From: Bacillota bacterium
GTDB taxonomy: Bacteria > Bacillota > Dethiobacteria > DTU022 > UBA8154
Assembly (NCBI GenBank): GCA_012728375.1
Contig: JAAYFF010000009.1
Location: 8,940-72,939 of the forward strand
Length of the DNA stretch: 64,000 nucleotides
Direction: 5' to 3'
Position numbers and translations under genes: made by a program. The notes beneath the pieces were generated by a model. It was not told the origin of the DNA and ran no database searches. It was given only the letters and a program-made list of their open reading frames with translations. Shown one piece after another: positions 1 to 8,756 of this stretch (within the stretch, counting starts at the first letter, position 1; each line of letters opens with the position of its first letter).

Positions 1-1
1 C

Positions 2-721
2 CGCGAAGAGAGGGACAGTCCCTTAATCGTGGAAGTAAACGGAATTAAGCTGTTCTTTCTTGCCTATACTTACGGAACGAACGGTCTTCCCATTCCCAAG
101 GGCAAAGAATATATCGTCAATCTGCTTGTGGAAGAACAAATGATAGCGGATCTTGCCGGGGCCAGGCGGCAGGGTGCTGATTTGGTCATTCTTTACCTCC
201 ACTGGGGAGAAGAATATTGTTCTGAGCCTTCGGAGGGGCAGAAAAGGTTGGCCCGGGTTGCGGCACAGGCCGGAGCAGATATTATTCTGGGAAGCCATCC
301 CCATATCATTCAGCCCATGGAATATATTACTGTTCCAGGAGAGCAGGGGGTAGAGAAAAGGGTTTTTGTTGCCTATTCAATGGGAAATTTTCTTTCCAAT
401 CAGCACCGGGTAGAAGGCAGCATTTCGACGGATGAAGTGGAGTTCGGCAAGATTCTTTACCTGCACCTGGAGAAAAATGTAAACACAGGAGAAGCCTATC
501 TCCGGGATGTTAATTATGAACTAACCTGGGTGAATCGCGACGACAAACACCGCATTCTGCCCCTTAACAGTGTCTTTGATGAGGGGTCTAAAGGGCATGT
601 TGCGCTGTCTGCGGCTCTTGTAGGGCGGCTGAAGCGGGACGGGGAAAGGCTGCAGGAGCGCCTGAAAGGTTTCGAGCAGGCCGCGCCCCGCATGACGGTT
701 CCGGTTGGGGCTGCAAAATAA
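2..721 (+). CDS. CapA/PGA_cap-family (poly-gamma-glutamate capsule synthesis-like metallophosphatase) protein, 5'-truncated by window edge
   Basis: The reading frame is open from the first base of the window. The C-terminal 230 aa carry the LHWGxEY and GSHPHI motifs typical of CapA/YwtB. Confidence 0.55.
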   Translation, partial: REERDSPLIVEVNGIKLFFLAYTYGTNGLPIPKGKEYIVNLLVEEQMIADLAGARRQGADLVILYLHWGEEYCSEPSEGQKRLARVAAQAGADIILGSHPHIIQPMEYITVPGEQGVEKRVFVAYSMGNFLSNQHRVEGSISTDEVEFGKILYLHLEKNVNTGEAYLRDVNYELTWVNRDDKHRILPLNSVFDEGSKGHVALSAALVGRLKRDGERLQERLKGFEQAAPRMTVPVGAAK

Positions 722-771
722 AGGTAATCTCGGATGAAGCAGCAAAACGGAGTAAAGCGCGGGATTATTTT

Positions 772-2112
772 TCAGTATTTTTCGCTGCATTCCTGTATAG
801 GTTCTGATGATATTGCCTCTTGGGAGGCCGGTTTTTTTAGAAACAGGGATCCGGCTGAGCCGAGCAGGGAGAAGAACCCGGCAACAGCATAGGCGATGCG
901 GAAGCTTCCGCTGTAATCTGTCAGGAAGCCTCCTATTATGGGTCCCAGGACCTGGCCGATACCGAAAAAGAAGGTTACAAAGCCCATGGCAGTGGAGGCC
1001 AACCGGGGACCTGTTTGATCTCCCGTTGCTGCCGCAACAATGGTAGGGATACCTCCCAGGGTCAGCCCGAAAAGAATTACGGAAAAATAGTAGCCCTTCA
1101 GGGAGCCTGAGAAGTAGAAGAGGGAATAAGAAACCGCGTTGACGAGATAGACCAGGCATAATCCGTATTTCCTTCCGAGCAAATCGGATATGCCTCCCCA
1201 CATGGCTGCGGAGAAAATGCTCAGGCTGCCGGCCAAAGCCCACATAGCTCCGCTCTGGCCTTTGGACAAGCCAATTTCCGTATTTAGAAAGGCATGGAAA
1301 AAGGTTGAATAAATGACGTAGGAAAGGCCGTACATTAGATAGACACAGCCAAGATGCCAGACTTCCTTGCGGCGATAAATAAAGCGCCACGGCGCGGCAT
1401 TCTGTTCGGATAATTGGGGAGAAGCGGCGGAACCTGAAGCTTCCGCGTTCCGACAGGGGGCGTTGGAAACGTTATCCGTAGAGGGAGGTTCTTTTGTTAT
1501 CCGTTTGGCTGCCGGAGTCTCCTGCGGATGATCCCGCAGGAAGATGAAGCTGACACAGGTAATGAGAAGTACCAGAATCCCCATGGCATACCAGGCGGTG
1601 GTCCAGCTCTTTGTACTGAGAATGGGAGGAACGATGAGCCCGGAAAGAAGAACTCCGATACCCGGTCCTCCGCCGACAATGCCGGTTGCCAGCCCCCGGT
1701 GCCGGCTGGTGAACCAGAGGGAACCCAGAGCCATAGCAGGTATATAAACCCCGCCGCTGCCTACACCTGTAAGAAAACGCATCACCAGCGTGGAGCGGAA
1801 GGTGGAGGCCGACCCGGTAAGGATGAGGCTAACGCCGATTAACAGCAGCGAAACGGTGATTATTTTGCGGCTGCCATAACGGGAGGCCAAGTAGCCGCCT
1901 GCCAGGGCAAAGGCGAGGTAACCGACAAAGTTTGCCGTTCCCAGTAAGCCTGCTTGGGTCCAGTTTAGCCCGAGCCCTCCGGCCATATCGGGAAGAATGA
2001 GACTGTAAGCCATGCGGCCGAAACCGTGGGAGCCGATGACTGCCAGCAAGCCGGTAAAGATGACGATCCAACCATAATGAAAAATTTTTTTCCCCTCTTC
2101 TGTCTGCTCCAT
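772..2112 (-). CDS. MFS transporter
   Basis: About 12 TM-rich segments and the MFS signature G-x-L-x-D-R-x-G-R-like 'GYLASRYGSRK'. The ORF-track start at 2187 was trimmed to the ATG of MEQTEEGKK. There is a long hydrophilic central loop. Confidence 0.7.
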   Translation of the reverse strand: MEQTEEGKKIFHYGWIVIFTGLLAVIGSHGFGRMAYSLILPDMAGGLGLNWTQAGLLGTANFVGYLAFALAGGYLASRYGSRKIITVSLLLIGVSLILTGSASTFRSTLVMRFLTGVGSGGVYIPAMALGSLWFTSRHRGLATGIVGGGPGIGVLLSGLIVPPILSTKSWTTAWYAMGILVLLITCVSFIFLRDHPQETPAAKRITKEPPSTDNVSNAPCRNAEASGSAASPQLSEQNAAPWRFIYRRKEVWHLGCVYLMYGLSYVIYSTFFHAFLNTEIGLSKGQSGAMWALAGSLSIFSAAMWGGISDLLGRKYGLCLVYLVNAVSYSLFYFSGSLKGYYFSVILFGLTLGGIPTIVAAATGDQTGPRLASTAMGFVTFFFGIGQVLGPIIGGFLTDYSGSFRIAYAVAGFFSLLGSAGSLFLKKPASQEAISSEPIQECSEKY

Positions 2113-2178
2113 CTTGCTTTTTCTCCCTGCAGCCTTGATACGGTTATATTCAATAAAGTAATGGGCTTTTCCTGCTTG

Positions 2179-2262
2179 GTGAAGCACGGGGACGGTTCTT
2201 CTGCTTCATATCTGCAAAAAAGAACAATGAAATGAAGCAGAAGAACCGTCCCCGTGCTTCAC
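2179..2262. repeat. Paired-hairpin inverted repeat element (family A, GGGACGGTTCT core), copy 1: perfect 31-bp arms, 22-nt spacer
   Basis: gtgaagcacggggacggttcttctgcttcat ... atgaagcagaagaaccgtccccgtgcttcac. The right arm overlaps the stop codon of the cyclase gene. Each arm is itself a tgaagca/tgcttca mini-hairpin. Confidence 0.9.
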
Positions 2263-4094
2263 TGGGCGAGCTGATATATTTTTACGGGTTTGCTTTTTCC
2301 TTTGACGGAAATTTCACCCATGGGCTCCAGGGGAATGCGGCCGGCCACTTCTTCATAAACCGTTTCGCTGACGAGAACCTGTCCGGGCTTGGCGTTGGAT
2401 TCCAATCTGGCGGCGAGGTTGACGGCGTCTCCGATGGCGGTATAGTCCATGCGGCTTACGGACCCGATATTCCCGACGACAGCATCGCCGGTATTGATCC
2501 CGATACCGAACTGCAGTGTGACCCCCGCCATTTCCTGGACTTTTTTCTGCAGAGCAGCCCCTTCCCTGGTAATAGCCTGGGCTGCTTTGACCGCCCAGAG
2601 GGGGTGATCCTCCAGGTCCAGGGGTGCATTGAAGAGGACCATGGCCGCGTCGCCAATAAATTTGTCGATGGTCCCTTTGTTTTCAAAAATACAGCGCGTC
2701 ACAATTTCGAAGTATTCGTTGAGAACAGCCACCACGCCCTCCGGGGGAAGTTTTTCCGAAAGGGGGGTAAATCCCCGGATGTCAATAAATAGTATAGAAA
2801 TACGGCGCCGGGTTCCTCCCAGTTTTAAATTTTCCTCGCCGACGGTGAGGATCTGGTCGACGACCTGGGGTGCCACGTAGCGGCCGAAGATACGCGTTAC
2901 CCGCTGCCTGTTGCGCTGCTCGACGACGAAATTGTAGACCAGCGCGGTTATGTAACTCCCCGACAGTGAAATAAGGGGATAAACGCTTTCTACATAGATG
3001 GAACGCTCATTAAAGAGGTTTGAGGTAATGACGAAGAATACAGCGCTCATGGCCAACAGGCCGGCGAATCCCAAAATCGGACGCAGTGCCTGGTAGATGA
3101 ACATGGAGAGCAGTGCCAAAAGAAAGACCAGCAGCAGGTTCAGCCACAATGGAAGGGGGTAGATAGGGCCTGCCTCCAGCAGGGTGTGAAGTATATTGGC
3201 ATGGACTTCGACGCCGTACATGGGGTTGTCCCTGGCAAAAGGAGTAAAATAGTAATCGCCCATCCCCGGTGCATAAAAGCCTACCAGAACTATTTTGTTT
3301 TCAAAGGTGGAGGGAGGGTATGCCTCTTCCACCACCAGATGGTAGGGGAGAACGGGGAAATTTCCCGGTCCTCCGCTGTAATTGATGAGCGTGCATCCTC
3401 CCGGGTCCAGGGGGTATTCGAACTCTCCCAGGGGCAGGATGGAGCGCCCCGGCTCAAAAACTGCGTCCAGGTGCGTATAAAGTTCGTCTAAAGTCATTTT
3501 CTGCGCAAGGGCCCAGATTACATCGTCAAAGGAAGCCAGCGGCCAGCCTTCGTACTCCATCCAGAGAATAGCCCGGCGCAAGATTCCGTCAGGATCGGGC
3601 GTGACATTGACATATCCCGCCTCTGCCACCTCCCGGAGTTCAGGAAGCGGCAGGGTTATGTCAGAAGGCGTAAGAAATCCCCGAATCCGGCTGATTGCCG
3701 GAGGTGCATCGATGGGGTACACGACCGGTGCCGAGCGCGCGGTTGCCTCCACCAGGGCCTTATCATGGCTTCTTTCCCTGGACGGTTCGGAAATGATGAT
3801 ATCAAATCCTACAACCGATGCTCCGCCCTCTGTCAGGACATCCAGCAGCCTGGCGTGGATATCCCTCTCCCACGGCCACCTGCCAAGCTTTTCCAGGCAG
3901 CTTTCCGTAATCCCGACGATGAGAATATCGCTGCAGGGGTCTTCTGCTCCGCGCAGTGAAAAGCGCAGGTCCAGCGAGCTTTTCTCCAAATTGCCGAAAA
4001 GGTTAAAATAGCAGAGTATGAGGGCCAGAATTCCCAAACCGCCCCCAATGACCAAGGATACTGAAAATGAGAAAGAACGATTTTTTTTGCGCAA
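2259..4094 (-). CDS. CHASE2-domain adenylate/guanylate cyclase (class III)
   Basis: N-terminal TM plus a CHASE2-like sensor. The C-terminus has the class III cyclase motifs FIDIRGFT and IGINTGDAVVGNIG. Confidence 0.8.
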   Translation of the reverse strand: MRKKNRSFSFSVSLVIGGGLGILALILCYFNLFGNLEKSSLDLRFSLRGAEDPCSDILIVGITESCLEKLGRWPWERDIHARLLDVLTEGGASVVGFDIIISEPSRERSHDKALVEATARSAPVVYPIDAPPAISRIRGFLTPSDITLPLPELREVAEAGYVNVTPDPDGILRRAILWMEYEGWPLASFDDVIWALAQKMTLDELYTHLDAVFEPGRSILPLGEFEYPLDPGGCTLINYSGGPGNFPVLPYHLVVEEAYPPSTFENKIVLVGFYAPGMGDYYFTPFARDNPMYGVEVHANILHTLLEAGPIYPLPLWLNLLLVFLLALLSMFIYQALRPILGFAGLLAMSAVFFVITSNLFNERSIYVESVYPLISLSGSYITALVYNFVVEQRNRQRVTRIFGRYVAPQVVDQILTVGEENLKLGGTRRRISILFIDIRGFTPLSEKLPPEGVVAVLNEYFEIVTRCIFENKGTIDKFIGDAAMVLFNAPLDLEDHPLWAVKAAQAITREGAALQKKVQEMAGVTLQFGIGINTGDAVVGNIGSVSRMDYTAIGDAVNLAARLESNAKPGQVLVSETVYEEVAGRIPLEPMGEISVKGKSKPVKIYQLAQ

Positions 4095-4339
4095 AAGAAA
4101 CTCCTTTATTGTCTAGATGGTATTATTCTCTATTTTTCATTTTATTTTACATTCCATAAAAAATAGATTTTTCCTGCCCACGGTTATTTTTAATTTTTAT
4201 TAAAAAAAATTTTATAAAAAAGAAGGAAATTTGTTTAGGATGGAGAATATGTGTTATGAATAAAAGATATCATATAATAAAAGATGTTCTTTGGGGGCAG
4301 GTTTTCCCTGGAGTTCTTTTAAAAAAAGGAGGAAAAAAG

Positions 4340-4912
4340 ATGTTGTTAAAGGGTTCAAAGACTGAGAGGAATATTTTAACGGCTTTTGCAGGGGAGTCCC
4401 AGGCCAGGAACCGCTATAATTATTATGCCAGTCAGGCCAAGAAAGAAGGGTTCGTACAAATATCGGCAGTTTTTGAAGAAACGGCCAACCATGAGAAGGA
4501 GCATGCCAAGAGGCTCTTTAAGCTGCTGGAGGGAGGGGAAGTGGAGATTCAGGCCTCTTTTCCCGCCGGAGTAATCGGCACGACGCTGGAAAATCTCCGC
4601 GCCTCCGCGGGTGGAGAAAACCATGAATGGACGGATATGTATCCCTCATTCGCCGCAGTAGCCAGGGAAGAAGGTTTTAACGAGATAGCAGACATATTCG
4701 AAGCTATCGCTGTGGCGGAGAAGCAGCATGAAAAGCGCTTTTTGGGCCTTCTCGCCAATGTGGAAAACGGCAAAGTCTTTAAAAAGGAAAAGAGTATTTC
4801 CTGGATATGCCGCAACTGCGGTTACCGCCATGAGGGAGAGGAAGCACCGGAGACATGTCCTGCCTGCAACCATCCCCAGGCTTATTTTGAAGTCCTCGCT
4901 GAAAATTGGTAA
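4340..4912 (+). CDS. rbr: Rubrerythrin (ferritin-like di-iron domain + C-terminal rubredoxin-like CxxC..CxxC)
   Basis: ExxH di-iron motifs and a C-terminal CRNCGY...CPACNHP. An AAAGGAGG RBS precedes the ATG at 4340. The ORF-track start at 4256 is rejected. Confidence 0.85.
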   Translation: MLLKGSKTERNILTAFAGESQARNRYNYYASQAKKEGFVQISAVFEETANHEKEHAKRLFKLLEGGEVEIQASFPAGVIGTTLENLRASAGGENHEWTDMYPSFAAVAREEGFNEIADIFEAIAVAEKQHEKRFLGLLANVENGKVFKKEKSISWICRNCGYRHEGEEAPETCPACNHPQAYFEVLAENW

Positions 4913-4972
4913 GAAACGGGAAGCGCGGGCAAAAAAGAGTGCACTAAAAAAACTAGGAGGCCTAGAGGAGAA

Positions 4973-5359
4973 ATGACGGAGAGCAGACAGGTTTACAAAT
5001 GTGAAATTTGCGGGAATATAGTGGAGATACTGCACGGGGGCAAGGGGCAGCTCGTCTGCTGCAACAAGCCCATGAAGCTGCTGGAAGAGAACACCGTTGA
5101 TGCTGCTCTGGAGAAGCATGTCCCGGTGGTGGAGAAAACGGAAAAAGGCGTGAAGGTTAAGGTGGGGAGCGTAGCCCACCCCATGGAAGAAAAGCATTAT
5201 ATCGAGTGGGTGGAGATTATCTCCGGCGATAAAATTTGCCGCAAGTGGCTGAAGCCGGGAGAGGTGCCGGAGGCGGATTTTGTTGTCGATTCCGGTGAGG
5301 TCGTTGCCAGGGAATACTGCAATCTCCACGGCCTGTGGAAAAGTTCAGGGGCTGTGTGA
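4973..5359 (+). CDS. dfx: Desulfoferrodoxin (2Fe superoxide reductase)
   Basis: N-terminal desulforedoxin motif CEICGN...CC and a C-terminal neelaredoxin/SOR domain. The RBS is GGAGGCCTAGAGGAG. Confidence 0.85.
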   Translation: MTESRQVYKCEICGNIVEILHGGKGQLVCCNKPMKLLEENTVDAALEKHVPVVEKTEKGVKVKVGSVAHPMEEKHYIEWVEIISGDKICRKWLKPGEVPEADFVVDSGEVVAREYCNLHGLWKSSGAV

Positions 5360-5426
5360 AAGAGAAATGTATTGAAGAGAAAGATTATAAGGGAAAAAAA
5401 CTGTTTTAAGGGAACTTTTCGGTGCA

Positions 5427-5457
5427 ACCCGCAAAAATTTTGCGGGTTTTTCTTTTT
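5427..5457 (+). terminator. Rho-independent terminator after dfx
   Basis: cccgcaaaaattttgcggg stem followed by a T-run. Confidence 0.8.
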
Positions 5458-5638
5458 CCACGGCAAAAAATATGTTCTGCTGCAGGAAACGGTATTTGCT
5501 TTTAGCGTCTTAGACAGCAAAAGTATTTTTTAATGCTATTTTAATTTTTAGATGCTGTTTTTTTATGACTTTTTAATTTTAATTTTTATAAAATAGTTAG
5601 GCCTGCGGCCGGGCATTGAGTCTGGAAGGAGTGAAAAA

Positions 5639-6121
5639 ATGTCTAACAAGCTGCCCGACGTTGAAGAAATCCTGGAGGGTGCCGTAAAAAAGCACGGGTT
5701 AGCCGTAGTTCCGCTTTTGCAGGAAATCCAGGAGCATTTCCGCTATTTGCCCGAGGAAGTGCTGCGCAAACTTTCCCAAAAGACCGGAATTCCCTTGATA
5801 GAAATCTATCACGCGGCAACCTTTTATAATTCATTATACTTAACACCGAGAGCCAAGCATCAGATCAATATTTGTACCGGAACTACCTGTCATATCCGGG
5901 GGAGCGGAAAACTTATCGAAGAAGTCTTCCAGGTTTTAGGCATAGGTCCCGGGGAGACAACTTCCGACGGCAATTTTACGCTGGAAACGGTGAACTGTCT
6001 CGGCTGCTGTGCCGTTGCCCCCGCGATGGTTGTGGACGGGAAGTATTATGGAAACCTTACACCCGGCGATGTCCGGGAAATCCTCAATAAAATTATGGAA
6101 AAGGCAGCAGTGGAAGAATAA
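5639..6121 (+). CDS. NuoE/HndA/HydC-like [2Fe-2S] thioredoxin-like NADH dehydrogenase 24 kDa-type subunit
   Basis: CxxxxC...CxxxC motifs (CTGTTCH...CLGCCAVAP). RBS GGAAGGAG. Confidence 0.8.
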   Translation: MSNKLPDVEEILEGAVKKHGLAVVPLLQEIQEHFRYLPEEVLRKLSQKTGIPLIEIYHAATFYNSLYLTPRAKHQINICTGTTCHIRGSGKLIEEVFQVLGIGPGETTSDGNFTLETVNCLGCCAVAPAMVVDGKYYGNLTPGDVREILNKIMEKAAVEE

Positions 6122-6161
6122 CAGTTTCCGGAAAGCCGGAAAAAGATGCTGCCGGCAGGGG

Positions 6162-8033
6162 GTGTATTGTTTGGAAGCGACGAGTAGGTTGGCAGTACCG
6201 GAAGATTTAGCCGGCTTGCGGGAAAGGCTCAAGGATAGGCTTGATGAAAAAAAGCCGCGGCTTGTGGTATGCGGTGATACTGGCTGTACGGTTCGCGACT
6301 CGCGCGAGCTCGCCGCGGCGATAGAGAAGATTCTCAGCGAGCAGGGGCTTAGCGACAGAGTAGAACTTAAGGTTACGGGCTGCCTCGGTTTTTGTGAAAA
6401 GGGGCCTCTGATGCTGGTCTTCCCGGGCGCGATCCTTTATCAGAAGGTTCAGCCGTCGGATGCCGGGGAGATCGTGGAGAAGACGGTGCTGAAAAACGAG
6501 CTTGTGGAAAGGCTTCTCTATACGGACCCGGAGAGCGGACTTCCCGTTGCCTGTGCCTATGATATACCTTTCTATAAGCTGCAAAACCGCGCTCTTTTGG
6601 AAACTTGCTGGTATATCAACCCGCTTGATATTTATGATTATATTGCCCGGGGCGGTTATGCGGCCCTGGCAAAAGTTCTGGGGGGGATGACCCCTGAGGC
6701 TGTGATTGCTGAGATGAAGGAGGCCAGGCTGCGCGGCAGGGGAGGGGCCGGCTTTGCTACAGGGCTTAAATGGGAATTTTGCCGCTCTTCCCCCGGTGAG
6801 GAGAAGTATATTCTCTGCAATGCCGACGAGGGGGACCCGGGTGCTTTTATGGACAGGAGCCTCCTGGAGGGCAATCCCCATGCAGTGCTCGAGGGCATGA
6901 TCATTGCCGCGTATGCTGTGGGGGCGAAGGAAGGAGTTATTTATATCAGAATTGAGTATCCCACTGCGGTTCTTAAACTGGAAGAGGCAGTGCGGCAAGC
7001 CCGGGAGCTGGGCCTTCTGGGGAAGGATATTTTCGGTTCGGGCTTTGATTTTGACGTGATCATTAGCAAAGGTGCCGGCGCTTTTGTCTGCGGCGAAGAG
7101 ACCGCTCTGATCCGTGGGGCTGAAGGGAAGGTGGGCGAGCCGCGCCAGAAGCCTCCTTTCCCGGCAGATGTGGGCTTCAGGGGCAAGCCCACGGTCATAA
7201 ATAATGTGGAAACCTTTGTGAACGTGCCGCTGGTTATTAATCAAGGAGCCGCCCTTTATCACAGTACCGGCACTGAGAGTTCCGGGGGGACTAAGATTTT
7301 CTGCCTGGTGGGCAAGGTGAAAAACACGGGGCTTGTGGAGGTCCCCTTCGGCACCACGCTGCGGCAGATTATTTTTGGCATCGGAGGCGGCATCAAGGAC
7401 GGCAAGAAATTTAAGGCGGTGCAGACCGGCGGTCCTTCCGGCGGCTGCCTTCCCGAAGCAATGCTTGATTTAAAGGTTGATTTCAGCGATCTCGCGCAGG
7501 CGGGCTCGATTATGGGTTCCGGCGGTATGATCGTTATGGACGAGGACACGTGCGTTGTGGATGTAGCCCGTTATTTTCTGCAGTTCCTGAAAAGCGAATC
7601 CTGCGGGAAATGCTTTTCATGCCGGGTGGGGATTGACCGCTTGCTGGAAATCTTGGACCGCATTATCGCGGGAAACGGCTCTGTTGAAGATCTCGCTCTC
7701 CTCGAGGAGCTGGCGGTGACCGTTAAGGATACGACCATGTGCGGATTGGGCCAGACTTCGGCAAACCCCGTTCTCTCTACGCTGAGGTATTTCCGCGACG
7801 AATACCTCGCGCATGTAAGGGACAAGCGCTGCCCCGCGGGGGTCTGCCGCTCCCTTTTCCGTTACCGTATCGATGAAGATCTTTGCGCCGGCTGCGGTGC
7901 CTGCGCGGAGCAGTGTCCTGCCGGGGCCATCAAGGAGACCGATGAAGGCTGCTACCGCATTGATCACGGCCTGTGCACCGTTTGCGGTGCCTGTGCAGAA
8001 ACCTGTGCGCTTGACGCGATCACGAAAGATTAG
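6162..8033 (+). CDS. NuoF/HndC/HydB-like NADH-binding flavoprotein subunit with N-terminal 2Fe-2S and C-terminal 2x[4Fe-4S] ferredoxin domains
   Basis: FMN/NADH motifs GRGGAGFATG and GEETAL, a SLBB domain, a NuoF C-terminal Cys cluster and two CxxCxxCxxxCP motifs. The start is uncertain. The in-frame ATGs lie inside nuoE, and GTG 6162 or TTG 6171/6189 are the alternatives. Confidence 0.75.
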   Translation: MYCLEATSRLAVPEDLAGLRERLKDRLDEKKPRLVVCGDTGCTVRDSRELAAAIEKILSEQGLSDRVELKVTGCLGFCEKGPLMLVFPGAILYQKVQPSDAGEIVEKTVLKNELVERLLYTDPESGLPVACAYDIPFYKLQNRALLETCWYINPLDIYDYIARGGYAALAKVLGGMTPEAVIAEMKEARLRGRGGAGFATGLKWEFCRSSPGEEKYILCNADEGDPGAFMDRSLLEGNPHAVLEGMIIAAYAVGAKEGVIYIRIEYPTAVLKLEEAVRQARELGLLGKDIFGSGFDFDVIISKGAGAFVCGEETALIRGAEGKVGEPRQKPPFPADVGFRGKPTVINNVETFVNVPLVINQGAALYHSTGTESSGGTKIFCLVGKVKNTGLVEVPFGTTLRQIIFGIGGGIKDGKKFKAVQTGGPSGGCLPEAMLDLKVDFSDLAQAGSIMGSGGMIVMDEDTCVVDVARYFLQFLKSESCGKCFSCRVGIDRLLEILDRIIAGNGSVEDLALLEELAVTVKDTTMCGLGQTSANPVLSTLRYFRDEYLAHVRDKRCPAGVCRSLFRYRIDEDLCAGCGACAEQCPAGAIKETDEGCYRIDHGLCTVCGACAETCALDAITKD

Positions 8034-8053
8034 AGGTGGATAAAGTGGTACAA

Positions 8054-8752
8054 ATGACGCTGAACGGGCTTAGGGTCGAGGTAGAGGAAGGTATGACCAT
8101 ACTGGAGGCCGCCCGTTTTTACGGCATTAACATTCCAACCCTCTGTTACCATGAAGGTCTGAGCCCCTACGGGGCGTGCCGCCTTTGCCTGGTGGAAATC
8201 GGGCCTTCCGGGCAGTCGAAGCTGGTAAGCTCCTGTACCCACCGGGTGGAAGAGGGGTTGGTGGTAAGGACCCACTCGGAACGGGTGGTCAAGCGGAGAA
8301 AGATGCTCATTGAGCTTTACCTGGCGACCTGTCCCCAATCCAGGGTCATCCAGGATCTGGCTTCCAAGTATCATGTCACAAGGGTGCGTTTTACACCCCG
8401 CTATGAAGATTGCATTCTCTGCGGGCTCTGCGTGCGCATGTGCGCGGAGCAGATGCAGGGAAAGGCCATCGGGTTCGCGCACCGGGGGAGCAACCGCAAG
8501 GTTGCCACTCCCTTTGATGTGAAATCCGAAGAATGCCGTTTGTGCGGAGGCTGCATGTATATCTGCCCCGCCTGCCAGAGCAGGTGCCAGGGTCCCCAGG
8601 AAGAGGAGCCGCTGTGCAACGCGTGCCTCAATCTGGATCAGCCCTGCCTGAATTATTTTGACGATAACATGTGCTTCATGGATCCCTGCGTCGCGTGTGA
8701 ATTGGGCGCCGGGCGCGAAGCTAAAGCAAAAAGCAGAGATGGGAGGCTTTAA
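8054..8752 (+). CDS. NuoG/HydA N-terminal-like ferredoxin (2Fe-2S + His/Cys 4Fe-4S + 4Fe-4S) lacking any catalytic domain
   Basis: MTLNGLRVEVEEGMTILEA...CYHEGLSPYGACRLC, then CxxCxxCxxxC motifs. RBS GAGGTGG. About 230 aa. Confidence 0.7.
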   Translation: MTLNGLRVEVEEGMTILEAARFYGINIPTLCYHEGLSPYGACRLCLVEIGPSGQSKLVSSCTHRVEEGLVVRTHSERVVKRRKMLIELYLATCPQSRVIQDLASKYHVTRVRFTPRYEDCILCGLCVRMCAEQMQGKAIGFAHRGSNRKVATPFDVKSEECRLCGGCMYICPACQSRCQGPQEEEPLCNACLNLDQPCLNYFDDNMCFMDPCVACELGAGREAKAKSRDGRL

Positions 8753-8756
8753 TGTA

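Noticed and set aside
521-1390. Long antisense or alternate-frame ORFs (e.g. 521-1390, 6207-7262, 8030-8887, 14044-14970, 15272-16204, 19194-20108, 21065-21511, 40357-40911, 41377-42153, 43818-44417, 47701-48240, 52287-52895, 62563-63103)
   Set aside because: Each lies entirely inside a well-supported gene with clear homology on the other strand or frame. They have GC-rich, R/P/A/S/G-rich low-complexity translations typical of shadow ORFs.
4256-4339. N-terminal 28-aa extension of rubrerythrin
   Set aside because: The conserved rubrerythrin N-terminus and a strong AAAGGAGG RBS occur at the internal ATG at 4340.
6009-6161. ATG start for the NuoF-like gene at 6009
   Set aside because: It lies well inside the NuoE-like CDS, which ends at 6121, and has no RBS. 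The start was moved to GTG 6162 (low confidence).
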